DNA from: Deltaproteobacteria bacterium
GTDB taxonomy: Bacteria; Myxococcota; Kuafuiibacteriia; Kuafuiibacteriales; Kuafuiibacteriaceae
Length of the DNA: 64,000 nt
Assembly: GCA_040218735.1 (NCBI GenBank)
Contig: JAVJQW010000038.1
Location: 224,001-288,000 of the forward strand
Direction: 5' to 3'
The position numbers were made by a program, and so were the translations under genes. The notes below the pieces were generated by a model. It made no database searches, was not told the origin of the DNA, and saw nothing but the letters and a program-made list of their open reading frames with translations. Positions within the stretch are counted from its first letter, which is position 1, and every line of letters starts with the position of its first letter. This document shows positions 58,050 to 64,000 of the stretch, piece by piece.

Positions 58050-59806
58050 GGCTGGACGAGATCATCCGAGGCATCAAGATCGCGGACCGTCGGGGTTACT
58101 TCGACGCCGACATCACGGGCATCACCGTCGACTCGCGACGGGTGGAGCGCGGGAACCTGTTCGCGGCGGTGCGCGGCATGGCGCACGACGGGCACGACTA
58201 CATCGTCGACGCGTTGAAGCGCGGCGCGATCGGCGTGCTCGCCGAGGAGTGGCCGGAGGCGGCGGACGCCGACACCAAGCCGAACGTGGTGTTGGTGCCG
58301 AACGCGCGTCGCGCGTTGGCGCTCGCGGCGGCGAACTTCTTCGGGCAGCCGTCGCGTCGTTTGCTCGTCGCCGGGGTCACCGGGACCAACGGCAAGACGA
58401 CGGTGACGTACGTCCTCGAGTCGATCATCCGCGCGGCGAGCAAGAAGGTCGGCGTGATGGGGACGGTCGAGTGCCGGTACGCCGGTCACTCGGAGACGCT
58501 CGCGCACACCACGCCCGACGCGGTGCTCCTGCAGAAGAAGCTCGCGGAGATGACGGCGGCCGGGGTCACGCACGTGGCGCTCGAGGTGTCGAGCCACGCG
58601 TTGGATCAGGAGCGCGTCTCGGGCGTGCACTTCAAGGTCGCCGGCTTCACGAACCTGTCGCAGGACCACCTCGACTACCACAAGTCGATCGACACGTACT
58701 TCGAGGCGAAGGCGCGTCTGTTCTCGGAGTGCCTGCGAAAGAGCAAGGCGCGCGGGCGCATGGCCGTCGTGAACATCGACGACGAGCGCGGGCCGCAGAT
58801 CCTCGAGCGGTGGGGCGGCAAGTCGCTGTCGGTGTCGCTGGATCCCAAGAGCGATGCGGACGTGGTCGCGCTCGACGCGAAGTACACGCTGTCGGGGATC
58901 GAGGCGACGGTGCGCACGCCGAAGGGGGTCTGGGAGATCGAGACTTCGCTCGTCGGTGAGCACAACCTCTCGAACGTGCTCGTCGGCATGGGCATGGCGC
59001 TCGCGATGGGTTTCTCGAAGGCGCGCATCACGCGTGGCCTCCGTGCGCTCGAGCGGGTGCCGGGGCGCCTGGAGCGGGTGCCGAACGAAGACGGCAAACA
59101 CGTGTTCGTCGACTACGCGCACACGCCCGACGCGCTGAACAAGGCGTTGGCCGCGGTGCGTCCGCTGACGAAGGGGCGGGTGATCGTCGTGTTCGGTTGC
59201 GGTGGAGATCGCGACAAGGAGAAGCGCGGTCCGATGGGCAAGGCCGTCGCGGACGGCGCGGACATCGCGGTCGTCACGAACGACAACCCGCGCACCGAAG
59301 ACCCGCAGGCGATCGCCGCGGCCGTCGAGGCCGGGTTGAAGGACGGCGGCTGGTCGACGATGACCGCGGCGCCCGCCGCGAAGCAGTACAAGGTCGAGCT
59401 CGACCGGCGTTCGGCGATCCGCATGGCGATCGACTGGATGAACGAGGACGACGCGCTGGTGATCGCGGGGAAGGGGCACGAGACCTACCAGATCATCGGC
59501 AAGGACAAACATCGCTTCGACGATCGTGAAGAGGCGCGTCGCCTCCTCGCGAAGATGCCGCCGCCGCCGCCGATGGTGTTCGACGACGGCACTTCCGAGG
59601 TGGACGCCGCGCAGGTCGAAGAGGCGCTGGAGATCGTCGACGGTGATGACGTCGTCGAGGTCGAGGCGCCGCAGAACATCACGCAGCTGGTCTCGGCGGA
59701 CAACATCGTCGAGTCCGTGGACATCGAACCCGACATCGTCGACGTGGCCGACGAAGATTCCGGCGACGACCCCGAAGGGGGTCCGCCCAAAGACGGAGCG
59801 ACTTGA
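58046..59806 (+). CDS. murE: UDP-MurNAc-tripeptide synthetase
   Basis: GVTGTNGKTT, EVSSH, DHLDYH, DYAHTPD, DNPR (mDAP-type), AGKGHE. Confidence 0.97.
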   Translation: MRLDEIIRGIKIADRRGYFDADITGITVDSRRVERGNLFAAVRGMAHDGHDYIVDALKRGAIGVLAEEWPEAADADTKPNVVLVPNARRALALAAANFFGQPSRRLLVAGVTGTNGKTTVTYVLESIIRAASKKVGVMGTVECRYAGHSETLAHTTPDAVLLQKKLAEMTAAGVTHVALEVSSHALDQERVSGVHFKVAGFTNLSQDHLDYHKSIDTYFEAKARLFSECLRKSKARGRMAVVNIDDERGPQILERWGGKSLSVSLDPKSDADVVALDAKYTLSGIEATVRTPKGVWEIETSLVGEHNLSNVLVGMGMALAMGFSKARITRGLRALERVPGRLERVPNEDGKHVFVDYAHTPDALNKALAAVRPLTKGRVIVVFGCGGDRDKEKRGPMGKAVADGADIAVVTNDNPRTEDPQAIAAAVEAGLKDGGWSTMTAAPAAKQYKVELDRRSAIRMAIDWMNEDDALVIAGKGHETYQIIGKDKHRFDDREEARRLLAKMPPPPPMVFDDGTSEVDAAQVEEALEIVDGDDVVEVEAPQNITQLVSADNIVESVDIEPDIVDVADEDSGDDPEGGPPKDGAT

Positions 59807-61176
59807 TAGCACGTGCGTCGAATTGGACCTCCTCGGAGGTCGCTCGCGCCGTGGGGGGCGAGCTGAGTGGTCCGGATCGACGCACGCTGTCAGGCGTGTC
59901 GACGGACACACGTGACCCGCTCGAGGGTCAGCTCTTCGTCGCGCTGGTGGGCGAGCGCTTCGACGCCCACGACTTCCTGCACAAAGCGATCGACGGTGGC
60001 GCGGCGGGCCTGCTCGTGGCGCGCGGCCGTGGCGGAGAGGTACCCGCGGACGTCGCGGTCATCGAGGTCGACGACACCCTCTTTGCGCTCGGTGAGCTCG
60101 CGCGGGCGCACCGCCGGCGCCTTGGGACACCCATCGTCGCGCTGACCGGATCGAACGGCAAGACGACGACGAAGGAGCTGCTCGCGGGGATCCTGTCGCG
60201 CTCGAACGCCACGCTCAAAACCCAAGGAAACCTCAACAACCTCATCGGCGTTCCCATGACGGTGCTCGGAATCGAAGCGAGCCACGCCGTCGCGGTCGTG
60301 GAGATGGGGATGAACCAGCCGGGGGAGATCGCCCGTTACACCGAGATCTGCGAGCCGGTGGTGGGGATGGTCATCAACGTCGGCCCCGCGCACATCGGCG
60401 AGCTGGGATCCATTGAAGCGATCGCGGCCGCGAAGGGTGAGCTGTACGCGGGACTGCCCGCGGGCGCGGTGCGCGTGGTGAACGCGGACGACGAGCGTGT
60501 CGTGAAGGTCGCGGGGCCGGGCGGTCGCACGTTCGGGCGCGCGGCCGATGCGGACGTGCGGCTGGTGTCGACGGCCGCGGTCGGGGTCGAGCGGCAGCGC
60601 GTCGACCTGTCGATCGACGGGCGCGCGCTCACGGTCGAGATCCCGTTCCCGGGTGTGCACAACGCGATGAACGCGACCGCCGCGGTGGCGGCGGCGACCG
60701 CAGCGCCGGTGACGGTGTCCGACGAGGACATCGTGGAGGGGCTCGCGTCGGTCGCGCCGGTCGCGCGCCGCTTGGTCCCCCGACAGATCGGGCCGTACCT
60801 CGTGATCGACGACTGCTACAACGCCAACGGCGCTTCGATGGTCGCGGCGCTGGAGACGGTCGCGGCGCGTGGTGCCCGGTTCGGTGCGTTGCTCGGCGAG
60901 ATGCGCGAGCTCGGTGCGCACTCCGTCGCGGAGCATCGCCGCGTGGGTGAAGCGGCGGCGCGGTTGGGCGCGGCGTTCGTCGTGACGTTCGGCCCCGAGG
61001 CGAAGGCGATCGCCGACGGCGCCGCCGGTACGTCCACACACCACGAAGATGACGACCTCGACGCCGCGTTCGCGGCGCTCACGGCCCGGCTCGAGGACGG
61101 TGACGTCCTGCTCGTGAAGGGCTCGCGCGGGATTCGGATGGAGCGGTTCATCGACCGTCTGGAGGCACAGGCCTGA
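59803..61176 (+). CDS. murF: UDP-MurNAc-pentapeptide synthetase
   Basis: TGSNGKTTTK, NLNNLIGVP, EMGMN, DDCYNAN, KGSRG. Confidence 0.96.
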   Translation: MIARASNWTSSEVARAVGGELSGPDRRTLSGVSTDTRDPLEGQLFVALVGERFDAHDFLHKAIDGGAAGLLVARGRGGEVPADVAVIEVDDTLFALGELARAHRRRLGTPIVALTGSNGKTTTKELLAGILSRSNATLKTQGNLNNLIGVPMTVLGIEASHAVAVVEMGMNQPGEIARYTEICEPVVGMVINVGPAHIGELGSIEAIAAAKGELYAGLPAGAVRVVNADDERVVKVAGPGGRTFGRAADADVRLVSTAAVGVERQRVDLSIDGRALTVEIPFPGVHNAMNATAAVAAATAAPVTVSDEDIVEGLASVAPVARRLVPRQIGPYLVIDDCYNANGASMVAALETVAARGARFGALLGEMRELGAHSVAEHRRVGEAAARLGAAFVVTFGPEAKAIADGAAGTSTHHEDDDLDAAFAALTARLEDGDVLLVKGSRGIRMERFIDRLEAQA

Positions 61177-62261
61177 TGCTCTACCAACTTCTCTACCAGC
61201 AGATGGGGATCAACTTCTTCCGGTACCCCTCGACGCGCATCCTCCTCGCGGCGGGGTTTGCGCTGCTGCTGTCGATCTGGCTCGGGCCGGCGTTCATCCG
61301 TTGGCTGCGTCAGATGGCGATCGGGCAGGAGGTCCGTGACGACGGCCCGCAGACGCACGAGAAGAAGCAGGGCACGCCGACGATGGGCGGCACGCTGATC
61401 CTGTTCTGCGCGACGGTGCCGACGCTGTTGTGGATGGATCTCACGAACCGCTACGGGTGGTTCGTCCTCATCATCCTGCTCGGCTACGGGCTCGTCGGCT
61501 TCATCGACGACTACCGAAAGGTCGCGCTCAAGAACACCGCCGGTTTGCCGGGGCGCTACAAGTTGCTCGGGCAGCTGTTCTTCGGCGGCATCGCGCTCGG
61601 GTACCTGTTGTGGGCGACGCCGTACTCGACGGAGCTCGCGCTCCCGTTCGTGAAGCCGTCGTGGTTCTCGCCGGACATCGGCTGGGCGTACGTCCCGTTC
61701 GCGCTGCTCGTCCTGCTCGGAACGTCGAACGCGGTGAACCTCACGGACGGCCTCGACGGTCTGGCGATCGTGCCTACGGTCATCAGCGCCGGCGTGTTCC
61801 TGATCCTCGCGTACGCCGCGGGGGCGACGCTGTCCGGATTCAACCTCGCCGAGTACCTCCAAATCCCGCGCACGGCCGGCGCGGAAGAGGTCGCGATCCT
61901 GTGCGCCGCGCTGTGCGGCTCCGGGCTCGGGTTCCTCTGGTACAACGCACACCCGGCCGAAGTGTTCATGGGCGACGTCGGTTCGTTGGCGTTGGGCGGT
62001 GCGTTGGGCGCGCTCGCCATCGTCACGAAGAACGAGTTCGTCAGCGCGATCATCCACGGCGTGTTCGTGGCGGAGATCTTCTCCGTCATTCTGCAGGTCG
62101 GTTCGTACAAGCTCCGCGGCGGCAAGCGCATCTTCAAGATGGCGCCGCTGCACCACCACTTCGAGCTGTCGGGTTGGCCAGAGCCGAAGGTGATCGTGCG
62201 GTTCTGGATCATGTCCGTGTTGATGGCGCTCGTCGGGCTCGCGTCCCTGAAGCTGCGCTGA
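61176..62261 (+). CDS. mraY: phospho-MurNAc-pentapeptide transferase
   Basis: KQGTPTMGG, DDYRK, NAVNLTDGLDGL, FMGDVGS, MAPLHHHFE. Confidence 0.98.
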   Translation: MLYQLLYQQMGINFFRYPSTRILLAAGFALLLSIWLGPAFIRWLRQMAIGQEVRDDGPQTHEKKQGTPTMGGTLILFCATVPTLLWMDLTNRYGWFVLIILLGYGLVGFIDDYRKVALKNTAGLPGRYKLLGQLFFGGIALGYLLWATPYSTELALPFVKPSWFSPDIGWAYVPFALLVLLGTSNAVNLTDGLDGLAIVPTVISAGVFLILAYAAGATLSGFNLAEYLQIPRTAGAEEVAILCAALCGSGLGFLWYNAHPAEVFMGDVGSLALGGALGALAIVTKNEFVSAIIHGVFVAEIFSVILQVGSYKLRGGKRIFKMAPLHHHFELSGWPEPKVIVRFWIMSVLMALVGLASLKLR

Positions 62262-62274
62262 GGAGACCTGCGCG

Positions 62275-63672
62275 ATGGAAAAGAACGTCAGCTCGCGTCC
62301 GTTCAGCCCCGCCGCCGAAGCGCGCGCGCGCGTCGCGGCGATCCGCGACAAGTTGAAGGCGGGGAACGTCGTCGCCGCGGTCGTCGGCGGCGGAAAGAGC
62401 GGCGAAGCCGCGATCGATCTGTTGCGCTCCAAGGGCGCCGAGGTGCGGCTGTTCGACGACCGCGAGATCACGGTCGCCGGCCTGACTTCGTCGCCGATCG
62501 AACACGCCGCGATGGACGCGGTCGACGTCGTGGTGCTGAGCCCGGGGGTGCCGCGTCGCCACCCGGAGCTGCAACCGGCGATTACGCGCAACAAGTTGGT
62601 AGGCGAGGTGGAGCTCGCGTCGTGGTTCGTGCGCGCGCCGATGGTCGGGATCACCGGCACCAACGGCAAGAGCACTACGACCGCGCTCGTGGGGAAGATC
62701 TTCGAGGTCGCCGGGCGGAAGGTGTTCGCGGGAGGCAACCTCGGCGAGCCGCTGTCGCGGTTGGCGATGGCGTCGGAGCCGGTCGACGTCGCGGTGGTCG
62801 AGCTGTCTTCGTACCAGCTGGAGTCGATCGTCACCGCGTCGTTCCGCGTGGGGTGCTGGCTCAACGTCGCGCCCGATCACACGGACCGCTACGACAACCT
62901 CGACGAGTACGCTGCGGCGAAGCGTCGTGTCTTGGATCGTCGTACGCACGACGGCGTCGCGGTGTTGAACGCGAAGGACCCGTACTGCTCGGGCATCGGC
63001 GTGCGCACCGGCGGTCCGATTCGGTGGTTCGCGGGCGCCGAGGCTTCGGATCTCGCAGGGCCGATGGGCACGCGTCTGTCGGGACCGAGCGAGGCCGTGC
63101 GCACCGACAACGGCGTCGAGGAGCGCTACCAGCTCACCGCGCCCTGGATCGTCGGCACGCACAACAAGGCAAACGCGTGCGCGGCGATCGAGTGTGCGCG
63201 CGCGATGGACGTTACGCCGGCCGACGTGCAGGCCGGGCTCGATGCGTTCGGTGGTCTGCCGCACCGCTTGGAGCTCGTGCGGGACGATGACGACACGCGG
63301 TGGTTCAACGATTCGAAGGCGACGAACATCGAGTCGGTCTTCACCGCGCTCACCGCGCTGGCGGGCCGACGTGTGGTGTGGATCGCCGGCGGGCGTGACA
63401 AAGGCGCGCCGTGGGCGCCGCTCGCGGGGCTCGTCGACGATCGCGTCGACGCCGTGCTGGCGATCGGCGAAGCCGCCTCGATCGTCGAGGCCGCGTTCGG
63501 TTCGAAGGTCGAGCGGGTCGAGACACTCGAACGTGCGATCGCGCGGGCGCGAGAGCTCGCGGGCCCGGGCGTGGACGTGCTGCTCGCACCGGGCTGCGCG
63601 TCGTTCGATCAGTTCAAGGACTACGCCGAGCGCGGGGACGTGTTCCGGCGACTCGTAGGAGCGATCGCGTGA
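62275..63672 (+). CDS. murD: UDP-MurNAc-L-Ala:D-Glu ligase
   Basis: SPGVP, GITGTNGKSTT, ELSSYQL, HRLE, NDSKATN, ASFDQF...RG. Confidence 0.96.
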   Translation: MEKNVSSRPFSPAAEARARVAAIRDKLKAGNVVAAVVGGGKSGEAAIDLLRSKGAEVRLFDDREITVAGLTSSPIEHAAMDAVDVVVLSPGVPRRHPELQPAITRNKLVGEVELASWFVRAPMVGITGTNGKSTTTALVGKIFEVAGRKVFAGGNLGEPLSRLAMASEPVDVAVVELSSYQLESIVTASFRVGCWLNVAPDHTDRYDNLDEYAAAKRRVLDRRTHDGVAVLNAKDPYCSGIGVRTGGPIRWFAGAEASDLAGPMGTRLSGPSEAVRTDNGVEERYQLTAPWIVGTHNKANACAAIECARAMDVTPADVQAGLDAFGGLPHRLELVRDDDDTRWFNDSKATNIESVFTALTALAGRRVVWIAGGRDKGAPWAPLAGLVDDRVDAVLAIGEAASIVEAAFGSKVERVETLERAIARARELAGPGVDVLLAPGCASFDQFKDYAERGDVFRRLVGAIA

Positions 63673-64000
63673 AACACGACGACAACGATGCCCCCACTAC
63701 GATGCCGCTCCCCGCGGACGTGGCGCCGGCGCAGATGGCGCGAACGATCGACCCGTGGATCGCGGGCGCGGCGATCTTCCTCGTCGCGGTCGGCATCGTG
63801 TTGGTCTACAGCGCGAGCGCGTTCCGCGCGCAGTCACAGACCGGCGATGCTTCGCTCTACCTCGTGCGTCACCTCTCGAGCGTGGCGGTCGGCGTCGTGG
63901 CGCTGTTCGTGGTGCTGCGCTGCCCGATCGAGTGGTGGAGTCGCGCCGCGTACCCGCTGCTGATCCTGTCGGCTGCGCTGTTGTGTCTGCTCTTCGTCCC
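63669..64000 (+). CDS. ftsW: FtsW, 3'-truncated by window edge
   Basis: GTG overlapping the murD stop; GIVLVYSAS motif; position in the dcw cluster. Confidence 0.88.
   Translation, partial: MKHDDNDAPTTMPLPADVAPAQMARTIDPWIAGAAIFLVAVGIVLVYSASAFRAQSQTGDASLYLVRHLSSVAVGVVALFVVLRCPIEWWSRAAYPLLILSAALLCLLFV

Overview
High-GC bacterial chromosome segment, most consistent with a Myxococcota/deltaproteobacterial genome (inferred from Ser/Thr kinase-ATPase-TPR proteins, zinc-ribbon membrane protein, many lipoproteins and dcw gene order). It holds about 45 CDSs: MltF-like transglycosylase, acyl-CoA ligase, NlpC/P60 protein, Trk/Ktr K+ uptake, HSP90-like/TPR pair, mevalonate kinase plus class II HMG-CoA reductase, an 8-CxxCH cytochrome c, a P460-like cytochrome, ppk1, prkA and the start of the dcw cluster (mraZ to ftsW, with promoter and MraZ boxes). 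The standout is a ~1.64 kb cassette at 15656-17299 between two convergent genes. It contains two back-to-back four-helix-bundle (IVP/Avd-like) genes with the same non-coding architecture: (i) a unit-specific 24-bp inverted copy of the gene's own first 8 codons, (ii) a canonical sigma54 -24/-12 promoter pointing away from the gene and into that copy, (iii) a degenerate mirror of that promoter in front of the real ATG, (iv) a long GCGA-tetraloop hairpin after the stop codon, and (v) a (CGGNNN)n hexamer array. A related hexamer tract bounded by inverted repeats sits in-frame in a gene 5.5 kb away. No recombinase, reverse transcriptase or rRNA gene was recognised in the window. All family calls come from motif recognition by eye, not database searches, and several start codons are best guesses.
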